Source: Myxococcales bacterium
Lineage (GTDB): Bacteria; Myxococcota_A; Polyangia; Palsa-1104
Assembly: GCA_003170275.1 (NCBI GenBank)
Contig: PNAM01000059.1
Coordinates: forward strand, 47,389 to 111,388
Direction of reading: 5' to 3'
DNA length: 64,000 nt
Shown here: piece after piece, positions 30,403-40,096 of the stretch
Position numbering within the stretch: the stretch's first letter is position 1
Layout of the letters: each line of letters opens with the position of its first letter
Position numbers and translations under genes: made by a program
Notes under the pieces: generated by a model
Seen by the model: only the letters and a program-made list of their open reading frames with translations
What the model was told of the DNA's origin: nothing
The model's database searches: none

Positions 30403-32000
30403 GCCTGGTCCAAGGTGAAGCCGTCGGTGGACGGATTGAGCGCATGCACGCGCTTCGACTCCACTGTCTGCTTCTCCGGCGAGAACAGAAACGTGTAGGG
30501 CTGCTCGTCGTGGATCAGCTTGTGGAACTGCCGGTCGAGCGCGTGGCGCGCGCCGTCGTCGGCGGTGGTGCGGATCTTCTCGAGCAGCGCGTCGGCCGCC
30601 GGATTCTTCCACGCGCCGTAGTTCTGCCCGCCGTCCGCTTGCGACGAATGGAACATGGTGTAGTTGTCCTGCTCGAGCGACATGGTCCACTGCAGCGACG
30701 AGACGTCGAACGCATGGCGGCGCAGCCGATCGAGCAGCACCGCGAAGTCCACCGTCGCCACCTCGAGCTCGATGCCCGCCCTGGCGAAGTCTTCCTTCAT
30801 GAGCGTGGCCAGCTGCTCGACGGTGCGCGAGCCCGCGGTGAGCAGGAACGTGAGCTTGAGGCCATTGTTCCGTGGGACGCCCGCTTCGTCGAGCAGTGCC
30901 CTGGCCGCCTTGGGATCGTACGGCCAGCGCGGGATCGCCGGGTCGTACGACGCGGTCCCGGTAGGGTAGGGTCCGGTCACCGGCCGCGCGTGCCCGTTGA
31001 ACGCGATCTGCAGATAGCGCTCGCGATCGATCAGCATGGTCAGCGCGCGCCGCACCCGCGCATCGCCGAGCGGTCCCTTGCGCGTGTTCCACACCACGAA
31101 GAAGTAGGCGCGCGGCGTCCACACCAGCATGCGCCGGCCGGTGAGCGCCGCGTCGGCCTTGGCCTCGTCGGCGACGCGCGGCGACGGCAGGTTCCACATC
31201 ACGTCGATCTCGCCGCGCTTCCACAGCTCCCACGCGACCTGCTTGTCGCGCACGATGCGAAAGATCACCCGCTCGAGGTGCGGCTTCTTTCCCCAGTACG
31301 CCGGGTTGCGCTCGATGACGATCTCTTCGCCCGCCTTCCAGCGCACGAACTTGAACGGCCCGGTGCCGATCGGCGCGCGCGAGGCCTCCGCGCGCCGCAG
31401 ATCTTTTCCCCGGTACGCGTGCTCGGGCAGGATCGAGATGTGCGCGAGCGCCTGCCGCAGATACGGCGCAGGCTTGCCGAGCGTCAGCACCACCGTGCGC
31501 GCGTCCGGCGTCTGCACGGTCGCGATCGGCTCGAGATCGGCGCGCTGATCCGCGCCCACCTTGGGATCGCGCGCGCGATCGAGAGTGAACGCCACGTCCG
31601 CGGCGGTGAACGGCACGCCGTCGTGCCAGGTCACGCCGTCGCGCAGGTGCAGCGTGAGCTTCTGGTCGTCCGCCTCCCAGCGCTCCGCCAGGCGCGGCCC
31701 GATCGCGCCGGTCCACGAGTCCTGAAAGAACAGCGTCTCGGCCACCTGGTTCTCGGTGATCCAGCGGCTCCAGAAGTCGTGCTCGATCAGGTCGCAAAAA
31801 ATGGCCGGCTCGGCCTCCACATGGATGACCACCTGCCCGCCGTCTTTCGCCGGCCCCGCCAGATCGGCCGGGCATCCCTGCGCGTTACATATAATGATGG
31901 TTGGGCCCGGGGCTTCACTCTTCGGCGCGGCGTTCGGCGGCGGTGGCGCGCGTTTGCAGCCGAGCACTAACAGCGCGATAGCGATGGCGATCCGGCGCAT
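30390..32000 (-). CDS. ABC transporter substrate-binding lipoprotein, family 5 (peptide/nickel type)
   Basis: Lipobox LLVLGC. The SBP_bac_5 pattern LFFQDSWTGAIGPRLAERWE...LTLHLRDGVTWHDG. Confidence 0.85.
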   Translation of the reverse strand: MRRIAIAIALLVLGCKRAPPPPNAAPKSEAPGPTIIICNAQGCPADLAGPAKDGGQVVIHVEAEPAIFCDLIEHDFWSRWITENQVAETLFFQDSWTGAIGPRLAERWEADDQKLTLHLRDGVTWHDGVPFTAADVAFTLDRARDPKVGADQRADLEPIATVQTPDARTVVLTLGKPAPYLRQALAHISILPEHAYRGKDLRRAEASRAPIGTGPFKFVRWKAGEEIVIERNPAYWGKKPHLERVIFRIVRDKQVAWELWKRGEIDVMWNLPSPRVADEAKADAALTGRRMLVWTPRAYFFVVWNTRKGPLGDARVRRALTMLIDRERYLQIAFNGHARPVTGPYPTGTASYDPAIPRWPYDPKAARALLDEAGVPRNNGLKLTFLLTAGSRTVEQLATLMKEDFARAGIELEVATVDFAVLLDRLRRHAFDVSSLQWTMSLEQDNYTMFHSSQADGGQNYGAWKNPAADALLEKIRTTADDGARHALDRQFHKLIHDEQPYTFLFSPEKQTVESKRVHALNPSTDGFTLDQAWVE

Positions 32001-32101
32001 TCGAGTCGCTGGCGATGGTAACACTTCCGCCTGGAATTGCTGGCATTTCTAGGCCGACCATGCTACGACCACCGACGGCAATGAACCCTTCCGCGAGGCC
32101 C

Positions 32102-32779
32102 ATGATGACCAGGATCGCTCTACTCTGCGCGGCATTTTCGCTCCTTGGTGCCGGCTGCCAGTCGGGTAACGCCTCGGGCGCTTCGATGGGCCCCGAGCCC
32201 GAAGCGACCACGCTCCCGCCGATCAAGGTCGACCTCCCGACCGCGCCGAGCTTCGCCGCTTCCGACATCCCGGAGAAATATCCGGATGGTGCGTTCACGA
32301 TCACCGGGCTGCGCCGCAACAAGCGCAAGTTCTGCGCGCAGGTCGCGCCGAACCAGCCCGTGGACGCGCAGTGCCTGCTCAACAAAGAAGCCAAGCTGCG
32401 CGCGTTCCTGCTCGAGGTCTACCAGTGCCCGGTGTGTCCGAAGGGCCAGACCTGCAAGCTGTGCGATCAGCCGCACTTCTACATGGGCGACAAGGCCGAC
32501 ACCAAGAAGGAGAAGGCGATGATGGTCGCCGACTACCTGGCGCCCAAGCAGAAGCCGCCGATCTTGACGGTGGGCAAGCAGTACGACATCGACGGCACGT
32601 TCGCGATCAACACGCCGGGCGGCTTCGGCGACTCCGAAGGCCTGCTCAGCTTCGGCAAGATGAAGGACGACAAGGGCGTGGAGTTCCTCTCGCCGACCAT
32701 CGCGCTGCAGCAGAAGGCCGAAGCGGGCGAGGCCTACGAGGCCGCGCTGGCCGCAAAAAAGGGCGGCAAGAAGAAGTAA
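32102..32779 (+). CDS. hypothetical lipoprotein with Lys-rich C-terminus
   Basis: Lipobox LLGAGC. Internal CPVCPKGQTCKLC motif. No recognised family. Confidence 0.5.
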   Translation: MMTRIALLCAAFSLLGAGCQSGNASGASMGPEPEATTLPPIKVDLPTAPSFAASDIPEKYPDGAFTITGLRRNKRKFCAQVAPNQPVDAQCLLNKEAKLRAFLLEVYQCPVCPKGQTCKLCDQPHFYMGDKADTKKEKAMMVADYLAPKQKPPILTVGKQYDIDGTFAINTPGGFGDSEGLLSFGKMKDDKGVEFLSPTIALQQKAEAGEAYEAALAAKKGGKKK

Positions 32780-32783
32780 GCAC

Positions 32784-33560
32784 GTGAAAACCTGGCAGGT
32801 CCTGCGGTCGATCTACATCTGGTTCTCGATCGCGTTCGGCACCGCGCTGATGTATTTCCTGGTGCTGCCGGTGTTCATCGTGACCATGCCGTTCGATCGA
32901 CGGCGCGCGTTCGGTCACTGGTACGCGCAGCGCTGGGGGCGCCTCATCCTCAAGCTGAACAACCGCTGGTCGACGGAGGTGCACGGCATCGAGCGCATCC
33001 CGCCCGGCAAGCCGTTCGTGATCGTGTCCAACCACCAGGGCATGGGCGACATCATGATGGCGTTCACGCTCGACCATCACTTCAAGTGGATCTCCAAGGC
33101 GGCGAACTTCTACGTGCCGTTCATGGGCTGGTTCATGTACCACGCGGGCTACATTCCGCTGGTGCGCGGCAAGAAGAACTCGGTGGCTCAGTGCATGGAG
33201 CGCGCGCGCGAGTATCTCGACATGGGCGTCTCGGTGCTGTTCTTTCCCGAGGGCACGCGCAGCCACGACGGCGTGGTCAAGCCGTTCAAGCGCGGCGCGT
33301 TTCAGCTCGCGCTCGACGCGGGAGTGGACATCCTGCCGATGGGCATCAGCGGTACGCTCAACGCGCTGCCCAAGGGCACGTGGAAGTTTTCCGACGAGTA
33401 CGTGACCATGCGCATCCTGGTCGGCGAGCCGATCTCGACGGCGGGCAAGACCGACAAGGACATGGACCAGCTGATCGACGAAGCCCGTCACGCGGTGGTC
33501 GATCTGAAGGACGAGCTCGACGGAAAGACGTACGCCCGCCCGCTCCGCGCGACCGGCTGA
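32784..33560 (+). CDS. 1-acyl-sn-glycerol-3-phosphate acyltransferase (PlsC family)
   Basis: Acyltransferase motifs NHQGMGD (HX4D) and FFPEGTRS. Confidence 0.85.
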   Translation: MKTWQVLRSIYIWFSIAFGTALMYFLVLPVFIVTMPFDRRRAFGHWYAQRWGRLILKLNNRWSTEVHGIERIPPGKPFVIVSNHQGMGDIMMAFTLDHHFKWISKAANFYVPFMGWFMYHAGYIPLVRGKKNSVAQCMERAREYLDMGVSVLFFPEGTRSHDGVVKPFKRGAFQLALDAGVDILPMGISGTLNALPKGTWKFSDEYVTMRILVGEPISTAGKTDKDMDQLIDEARHAVVDLKDELDGKTYARPLRATG

Positions 33561-33585
33561 AGAGGCACGTCCGTTGCACGTCTGA

Positions 33586-33972
33586 TTGGGCATGACGCCC
33601 CGACAGCTCGAAACGTTCAAGCGCTTGCTCTTCGACCGACTGACCGAGACCTTCCGCGGCGTGCAGCACGATCTGCGCACCAACGCTGCGCGCGAGCCGT
33701 TCGCTCAGGAGGATCCGGGAGACGAAGGCGACTCGTCGGTCCACATCGAGCACGAGGACCTGCTGCTCCGGCTCAGCGAGCGTGACGCGCGCATCGCGCA
33801 AGCCATGCAAGAGGCGCTCAACCGGATCGACCGCGGCGAGTTCGGCATCTGCTTGGACTGTGGTAACGCCATCGAGCTCGAACGCCTGATGGCCGTCCCT
33901 TGGGCCCTCCGCTGCGCCGACGACCAGCAAATCCGCGAGCAAGGCACCCAGGAGCACGCCCCCACCCTGTGA
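33586..33972 (+). CDS. DksA/TraR-family C4 zinc-finger protein
   Basis: C-terminal CLDCGNAIELERLMAVPWALRC. Acidic coiled-coil N-terminal region. Confidence 0.8.
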   Translation: MGMTPRQLETFKRLLFDRLTETFRGVQHDLRTNAAREPFAQEDPGDEGDSSVHIEHEDLLLRLSERDARIAQAMQEALNRIDRGEFGICLDCGNAIELERLMAVPWALRCADDQQIREQGTQEHAPTL

Positions 33973-33973
33973 C

Positions 33974-35470
33974 TTACCGGAGGTTCGGGCAGGTGACGGC
34001 GGGGAGGTAGAAGGTGGACGGCGGGGCGTCGGAGGAGACGAGGCGGGCGGGGCAGCGGCCGTCGTCTTTTTCGGGGGGGCCCCAGGTGAGGTCGTGGGCG
34101 GCGCCGGTGGAGAGCTCGAGGTGGAGGTGACCGACAGGTGTGAAGTGGAGGGCGAGGGCGAAGGCGTCGACGCGCAGCGAGGAGAGCAGCTCGGCGAGCG
34201 GCGGCGTTAGCTTGGTCTTCAATTGATCGAGGCGGAAGCGCAGGACGACGCGATCGCGAAGGCGATCGGCATCGACGCTCGCCTCGTCGAGGAACGCGCG
34301 ATCGACGAGCAGCGCTTCCGGCTCGCCGTCGCGCTGGAGCGTCACCAGCCCGTCGCGCTCGCCGATTACGCAGCGGTCATTGTCCAGTCGCAGCTCGCCG
34401 CGCCGCGCGCCCGGCGGCCCGAATCCGCTCGCGTGCGTCTGCAACAGCCGACCCACCCACGCGCGCACCAGCCCATCGTCGGCCAGCCCGGCCCGCTCGC
34501 GCGGCACAGTGATGCGCCACTGGCCCGCCTGTCGCAGCACGGTCAGCTCTTGCTTGTCCCGCTGCACGTGAACGGCGCTCACCTGATCGAGCCCCCGCGA
34601 AAACGGGCGCGCCTCGCGCAACGCCAGCGGCGATCCCGCGAGCGGCTTCAGCTCGTCCGCCGCGAAGCACAAGAGCGTTCCATCCGCGCGCGCCACCAGC
34701 TGCTCGTCCACGTGCGCAGGGCAGGGCCCGATCACGCGCGCCTCGATCCTCCCGTCAACGAGCAGCGCGGTTCCCCCGTCGTGCGGCGCCGTCTCGATCA
34801 CGCGCCGCGCGTGCGCCCGCCGCAGCGTGTCGAGCAGCGCGTCGACCTTCGCCGCATCGGCGCGCATCGCCCCTACCTTCCACCCCGCGCCGTCGCTGCT
34901 CACCGACAGCGCGCCATACGCGAGCGCATGCACGCTCTCGAGCGCCGTCGTCACCAACCCCTGCGCGCGAAATCCGCCCGCCGGCAGATCGGTCACCTCG
35001 AGCAGCCGATGCTCGACGACCAGCACCTCCGGCTCGTCCCCGCGTAGCACGTACACCGCGCGCCCCGACGGATCCGCCGCGCCGATCTTCAAGCTCACGC
35101 CATCGACCGTCACGCCGGTCTTCGGCGCCGCCAGCCCGAGCTGCGCGCGCGTCGCCGCATCCGGCGGTCGCAGCCGCCGCTCCACCGACCCGAACTCGAG
35201 CGCCCCGAGCAGCGCCTCGACCGCGTCGGCATCCGCGCGTCCCTTCCCATCGACGAGCCACGCGTCGCCTTCGTGCGTCAGCGTGGTCACCACTCCCGCG
35301 TGCTGCACCGAGATCGCGCGCGCGCGCCCGCGATCGAACCCCGGCAAGATCTTTCCGTGCGCCGCGCGCGCCTCATCGGTGGACGGCCGGCGTTGGTCCC
35401 ACCACACCAGCGCGCCGACCACGCCGGCCGCGATCACCAGCAGCGCGGTCGTGCGCGCTCTGTGACTCAC
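33974..35470 (-). CDS. DUF4340-like protein (accessory to the GldG-type ABC system)
   Basis: N-terminal TM anchor. GTGA overlap with the upstream GldG-like gene. Typical gene context. Confidence 0.55.
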   Translation of the reverse strand: MSHRARTTALLVIAAGVVGALVWWDQRRPSTDEARAAHGKILPGFDRGRARAISVQHAGVVTTLTHEGDAWLVDGKGRADADAVEALLGALEFGSVERRLRPPDAATRAQLGLAAPKTGVTVDGVSLKIGAADPSGRAVYVLRGDEPEVLVVEHRLLEVTDLPAGGFRAQGLVTTALESVHALAYGALSVSSDGAGWKVGAMRADAAKVDALLDTLRRAHARRVIETAPHDGGTALLVDGRIEARVIGPCPAHVDEQLVARADGTLLCFAADELKPLAGSPLALREARPFSRGLDQVSAVHVQRDKQELTVLRQAGQWRITVPRERAGLADDGLVRAWVGRLLQTHASGFGPPGARRGELRLDNDRCVIGERDGLVTLQRDGEPEALLVDRAFLDEASVDADRLRDRVVLRFRLDQLKTKLTPPLAELLSSLRVDAFALALHFTPVGHLHLELSTGAAHDLTWGPPEKDDGRCPARLVSSDAPPSTFYLPAVTCPNLR

Positions 35471-37650
35471 GCCCGCCGCACCCAGAACACGCCGAGCCCC
35501 AGCAGCAGCGCCAACAGCGGCAGCCCCAACACCGCGAGGTAGAAGAGGCGCCGCAGCTGACCGTCATCGAGTTGCAGCCGCAGGTGCTCCGGCGTGCGCG
35601 GCCCGATGGCCAGCTTCGGCTCCGCCCGCAAGAGCCACGCCACCGACGACAGCAACAGATCGCGGTTGTAGCCGAGCGCCTGCTTGTTGCCGGCGATCTG
35701 CGACGAGCCAATCACCACCAGCCGCGCGCCCTTGCCGGTTCCTTCGGTGCGCTCCGACGCGACCGCGATCGAGATCGGCCCCTTGACGTCCGCCTTCGGA
35801 TCGAACGCCAGCTCAGCCGTCGCGCGAAACACGCCGAGGTCGGTCTCGCCCCAGCCCTTGTCCGAGGTGTGGATGATCTCGCGCGCGACGATGCCGTTGT
35901 TCGGCGCCGCGCGCACCTCCCGCGCCTCGGTCCACAGCGTGCGGTGATGCATCAACCGCCCGGTGATCGGATGATCGGCGTAGCCCTCGGTCACCGCGAA
36001 CGCGATCGCGTTCGAGCGAAGCTGCGGCACGTCGACGACCACATCGTTGCGCACCGACGCGCCCCATCGTTCGAGCGTGTCCTCGATCCCCATCGAGACG
36101 AACCTGGTCACCTGCGCGTCGAAGCTCGGCCCGAGCAGCGCCATCAACCGCCCGCCCCGCTCGAGCAGGTGCGCCAACGCGTCCGCCTCGGGCTTGCCGA
36201 ACGGATGCTCCGGCCCCGCCACGATGGTCACCTCGCAGCGCGCCGGAATCTCCGCCATCACCGACAGATCTACGCCCGTCACCTCGTCGTGATCGCGCTT
36301 CAGCTCTTCGGCAAAATCGCCGTACTCGCCGGGCTCGAACGAATCGATCGCCGGCTCGCCGTGTCCTTGCGTGAAGCACACCACCGGCGACTTCTCCTCG
36401 GTGACCGCCAGCAGCGCCGCATCGAACGCCTGCTCGCCCTTCCACGCCTTGATGCGCGGCGCCCGCCCGTCTGCAGCGCCGTACTCGTATTCGGCCAGCT
36501 CATCGCGCGTGATGAACTTGGAATGCTTGGCGTCCTCGCTGGTCACCACGATCACGCCGTTGACCAGATCGTCTCCCGTCACCCCGTACTTCTTTCCGAC
36601 GGTCTTCAAGCGCTCCGGCTCGCGATCGATATCGACGTATTCGACGCGCACCTGCGCGCTCTCGCGCCGCACCCGCTCGAGCAGCTCGTGCACGTCGCCG
36701 TAGAGATCGTTGGCGTCCTCGCCCGACGGCAGCATGAACACGATCACCTCGACCGGTTTGCCGAGCGCGCGCACCAGCTGCACCGTCTTGTCCGAGATCG
36801 CAAAGGTACGCCCGCGCGTCCAATCCCCGCGCGCATAGTGCCGCGCCGCGAGATAGTTGAGGCCGGTCACCGCCGCCACCAGCAACAAGACCTCGAACGC
36901 GCCGCGCCGCGACGGCTTGAGCGCGCGCGTCGCCGCAAACAGCCCGACCGCGACCAGCCCCAGGTGATACACGACGTGCCGCGTATCGACGATCCCGCGC
37001 CCGAAGTCCTCCATGTGCCGGAAGAGATTGATGTGCCGCAGGACCGCCGCCCACGGCCCGGTCCGCACCAGCGCGTCGCCGAGCACGCCCGAGAGCAGCA
37101 GCATCGCCAGCGTCACGAACGACAGCACCGCCGCGAGGATCTGATTGCGCGTGAGCGCCGACGCCACCAGGCCGAGCGCGATCGCGCCCGCTCCGATCAG
37201 CAGCGTCCCCAGATATCCCGCCGCGATCGGCCCCGGATCCGGCGCGGCCCCCTCGGGCGCATACGCCCGCAAGACGACCACGTAGAGCAGGGTAGGGACC
37301 CACAACGCCGCATAGAACCCGATCGCGCCGAGAAATTTGCCGACCACCAGATCCGCCAGATCCACCGGCGCCGTCAAGAGCGGCTCGATGGTCCCCTGCC
37401 GCCGCTCCTCGGCGATCAGGCGCATGGTGATCACCGCCGCCAGGAACATCACGAACAGCCAGTAGAGGAAGGTGCCGCCAAAAAAATACTGCAGCACCGC
37501 GCCGTGCGGCGTATCGCGCCCGTTGAGCAGCGCCGCAAACAGCCAGAACGAATATCCCTCGACGAGCAGGAACAGCGTGAGCACGATGTACGAGACCGGC
37601 GACAGGAAATACGCCGCGAGCTCGCGCCGCGCGATCACCAGCGCCTTCAT
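35467..37650 (-). CDS. ABC-2 permease fused to GldG-like auxiliary domain
   Basis: N-terminus ARRELAAYFLSPVSYIVL...AEERRQGTIEPLLTAP (ABC-2 / GldF-like), followed by a large extracytoplasmic domain and a C-terminal TM helix. ATGA overlap with the ATPase gene. Confidence 0.75.
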   Translation of the reverse strand: MKALVIARRELAAYFLSPVSYIVLTLFLLVEGYSFWLFAALLNGRDTPHGAVLQYFFGGTFLYWLFVMFLAAVITMRLIAEERRQGTIEPLLTAPVDLADLVVGKFLGAIGFYAALWVPTLLYVVVLRAYAPEGAAPDPGPIAAGYLGTLLIGAGAIALGLVASALTRNQILAAVLSFVTLAMLLLSGVLGDALVRTGPWAAVLRHINLFRHMEDFGRGIVDTRHVVYHLGLVAVGLFAATRALKPSRRGAFEVLLLVAAVTGLNYLAARHYARGDWTRGRTFAISDKTVQLVRALGKPVEVIVFMLPSGEDANDLYGDVHELLERVRRESAQVRVEYVDIDREPERLKTVGKKYGVTGDDLVNGVIVVTSEDAKHSKFITRDELAEYEYGAADGRAPRIKAWKGEQAFDAALLAVTEEKSPVVCFTQGHGEPAIDSFEPGEYGDFAEELKRDHDEVTGVDLSVMAEIPARCEVTIVAGPEHPFGKPEADALAHLLERGGRLMALLGPSFDAQVTRFVSMGIEDTLERWGASVRNDVVVDVPQLRSNAIAFAVTEGYADHPITGRLMHHRTLWTEAREVRAAPNNGIVAREIIHTSDKGWGETDLGVFRATAELAFDPKADVKGPISIAVASERTEGTGKGARLVVIGSSQIAGNKQALGYNRDLLLSSVAWLLRAEPKLAIGPRTPEHLRLQLDDGQLRRLFYLAVLGLPLLALLLGLGVFWVRRA

Positions 37651-38561
37651 GCGCCGCGCCCCGTCAGTCGCGCGAACACTTCTTCCAGCCCCAGCGACGC
37701 CGGCCGCAGCTCGCGCAGCTGTCCCGCCTGCACCACCGCCCGCGCGATCGCTTCGCGCACGTCGCGCGCGCATTCCACCGTCAGCACGAAGTCGTCGCCG
37801 GCGGTCTCGCCACGAACGCTGGTCACGCCGTCGATCGCCTTGACGGCTGCTTCGAGCTCCGCCGCCAGGCCGCGTGCGGTCACCCGCAACACCAGCTCCG
37901 AGCGCGCCAGCTCCGCCGGCTTCCCCTCGGCGATCACGCGCCCGCGATCGAGGATCACCACCCGCCCGCACACCTGCTCCACCTCGGGCAGGATGTGCGT
38001 CGACAACACGACGGTGCGCTCCTTGCCCAGCTCCGCCACCAGCTTGAGCACCTCGCGCCGCTGATTCGGATCGAGCCCATCGGTCGGCTCGTCGAGGATC
38101 AACACCTCCGGCCGGTGCAGCAGCGCATCGGCCAGCCCCACGCGCTGCCGATAGCCCTTGGAGAGCTGCCCGATGATGCGCCGCTCGACGTCGCGAATCC
38201 CCACCTGCGCGCAAGCCTCCTCGCAGCGCGCCCGTCGCTCGCGTCGCGGCACGCCCTTGAGCGCCGCGCGATACGCGAGATATTCCGCGACGCGCATCTC
38301 GCCATAGAGCGGCACGCTCTCCGGCAGATATCCGATGCGCGCGCGCGCGGCTTTGGAATCCACCGCCAGGTCGATCCCGCACACCTCGACCTTCCCGCAC
38401 GTGGCCTCGAGAAACCCGGTGAGGATGCGCATGGTGGTGGTCTTGCCCGCCCCATTGGGCCCCAAGAATCCGAGCACTTCGCCCGGGCGCGCCTCGAAGC
38501 TCACGCCCTCGAGCGCCGCCACGGCCCCGAACGACTTCCCCAACCCGCTGGCCCGAATCAC
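37647..38561 (-). CDS. ABC transporter ATP-binding protein
   Basis: Walker A GPNGAGKTT, signature LSKGYRQR and Walker B LILDEPTDGLD. Confidence 0.9.
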   Translation of the reverse strand: MIRASGLGKSFGAVAALEGVSFEARPGEVLGFLGPNGAGKTTTMRILTGFLEATCGKVEVCGIDLAVDSKAARARIGYLPESVPLYGEMRVAEYLAYRAALKGVPRRERRARCEEACAQVGIRDVERRIIGQLSKGYRQRVGLADALLHRPEVLILDEPTDGLDPNQRREVLKLVAELGKERTVVLSTHILPEVEQVCGRVVILDRGRVIAEGKPAELARSELVLRVTARGLAAELEAAVKAIDGVTSVRGETAGDDFVLTVECARDVREAIARAVVQAGQLRELRPASLGLEEVFARLTGRGA

Positions 38562-38640
38562 CCCCGCGTTTTAGCACGCGAGACCCGCCAGCGCGCGCGG
38601 CGTCGCCACCGTCGGGCGCAGGCCGAGCGACAAATCGAAC

Positions 38641-38669
38641 TTGACTGAAGCAGGGCGCGAGGTTAGAAG
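38641..38669 (+). promoter_or_regulatory. candidate sigma-70-type promoter for the tRNA
   Basis: TTGACT, 17 nt, TAGAAG, ending 18 nt before the tRNA 5' end. The -10 match is weak. Confidence 0.3.
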
Positions 38670-38686
38670 TTTTGGCGAAGCACCAC

Positions 38687-38758
38687 GGGGCGTTAACTCA
38701 GCGGTAGAGTGCCATCCTCACACGGTGGAAGTCACAGGTCCGAATCCTGTACGCCCCA
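38687..38758 (+). tRNA. tRNA-Val (anticodon CAC)
   Basis: Hand-folded cloverleaf: 7-bp acceptor GGGGCGT/ACGCCCC, D arm ACTC/GAGT, anticodon arm CCATC-CTCACAC-GGTGG, 5-nt variable loop, T arm ACAGG-TCCGAAT-CCTGT, discriminator A. No encoded CCA. Confidence 0.85.
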
Positions 38759-38786
38759 CTAGACTTAGCAGCACCGAGTAGCTCGT

Positions 38787-38828
38787 GAGTACCCCAAAGA
38801 GTACCCCGGCCGGAAAGGTCGGGGTACT
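38787..38828. repeat. three copies of the 9-mer GAGTACCCC (two direct, one inverted)
   Basis: GAGTACCCC at 38787-95 and 38799-807. The inverted copy CGGGGTACT at 38820-28 forms a 9-bp stem with the second copy. The repeats lie between the tRNA and the integrase stop. Confidence 0.7.
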
Positions 38829-38842
38829 GGGGTCCCTCGGTC

Positions 38843-40096
38843 CTACGCTGCATGGTCCTGCACCCCGCCGAGAAGCGCGGCGCGGAATCCGGCGAGCGAG
38901 ACCACCTTCGCCAGGCTCTGACGCTGCTCCTCGGGCGCCACGGTCGAATAGTGACGCTGCATCTCCTCGGTCAGGTGCCCCGAGATCGACCGCGTCACCA
39001 CGTCGCGCACTTCTGCCCGGCGGCAGAGATCGTTGAACGTCCGGCGCATCGCACGCGACGTGATGTGTTTTTTCAACTTCAGCTTCTTCACCACATCGGC
39101 GAACGGACGATCTAGGCAGCTCGCCGCCCGAAAACCGCCGTTGTCCGACGGAAAGAGCAGCTCGGAGTCGCGCACCTCCTTGGGCGCGTTCTTGAGCTCG
39201 GCGACGTGCCAGCGGAGAATGTCCATCAACTCCGACGGGAGCCCGATTTGCTGCAGCACGCCTGTCTTGGTCGTCTCCATGACCGTCTTGCGCGTCTGCG
39301 AACGCCGCACGTGCAGGATGCCGGCGTCCCAAATCACGTCCGCATGGTCGCCGCTCCGACGAAGCGGACGCATGGACGACGGACGCAACCCCGTCGCGAA
39401 GCCGAGCGCCACCATCGCGAAATACTGCGGGTAGCGTGCCCGAACCACTGCCAGGAACGTCGGCAGCTCCTCCGCCGTGAGCGAGTTCGGCTGCTCCGGC
39501 GTGTACGTGTGGTGCTCGGATTTGTCCAGGTCTTCGATCAGCGCAACCGCATTTCGCTCGAGCTCGAAATCGGCCACGGCTGCGTTGAGGATCACGCGCA
39601 AGAGCGAGAGCCAGTCGTTGACCGTGTTCGGGCTGTACTCGCGCGACTGGACCTTGCGGCCCATCCTCACGAGCCACGCCTCTACATCGGGCTTGCGTAT
39701 CTGATCGATGGAGAAATCACCGAACACCGGTTCCAGATGATTTGCCAGCACCGACGCCCAGCGCTCCCGGCTCTTTCCGCTTTTCAACTTTCCGCGCGTG
39801 ATCTTCCGCTCCATCAACGAGAGCGCGTAGCTTCTGAACGAAGGCAGCTTTCTGTTGTGCCGCTCCGTTCCCCGCTCGCGCACTGCCTGCAGCTGCTCCC
39901 GCAGGAACGCGTACGCGCGATCGGGATCCTCCGTGTCCGTCACCACCTTGCGGAATTCGATGCGACGGTTGCTCCGCGGGTCGCGAGCGCGCCCCCGGAC
40001 GAGAAACCCGCCCTCCCTTCTGCGCCAAACTCCCGGACGAATCGGAGCCGGCGCTATCCAGACGTTGAATTTCATCACCCAATTGATCTTGGTCAT
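38843..40096 (-). CDS. tyrosine recombinase / phage-type integrase
   Basis: Catalytic signature ATGLRPSSMRPLR, HITSRAMRRTFNDL (HxxR) and SGHLTEEMQRHYS (H...Y). 417 aa. Confidence 0.85.
   Translation of the reverse strand: MTKINWVMKFNVWIAPAPIRPGVWRRREGGFLVRGRARDPRSNRRIEFRKVVTDTEDPDRAYAFLREQLQAVRERGTERHNRKLPSFRSYALSLMERKITRGKLKSGKSRERWASVLANHLEPVFGDFSIDQIRKPDVEAWLVRMGRKVQSREYSPNTVNDWLSLLRVILNAAVADFELERNAVALIEDLDKSEHHTYTPEQPNSLTAEELPTFLAVVRARYPQYFAMVALGFATGLRPSSMRPLRRSGDHADVIWDAGILHVRRSQTRKTVMETTKTGVLQQIGLPSELMDILRWHVAELKNAPKEVRDSELLFPSDNGGFRAASCLDRPFADVVKKLKLKKHITSRAMRRTFNDLCRRAEVRDVVTRSISGHLTEEMQRHYSTVAPEEQRQSLAKVVSLAGFRAALLGGVQDHAA

Noticed and set aside
32036-32066. Sigma-54-like TGGAATTGCTGGCATTTCTAGGC in the divergent region between the substrate-binding protein and lipoprotein genes
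   Set aside because: Neither GG dinucleotide has a GC at the required 10-nt spacing (it is off by one or more). Likely fortuitous.
35572-38064. 830-aa ORF on the plus strand
   Set aside because: It is antisense to the clearly recognisable GldG-like permease and ABC ATPase genes, with an Arg/His/Pro-rich nonsense composition.
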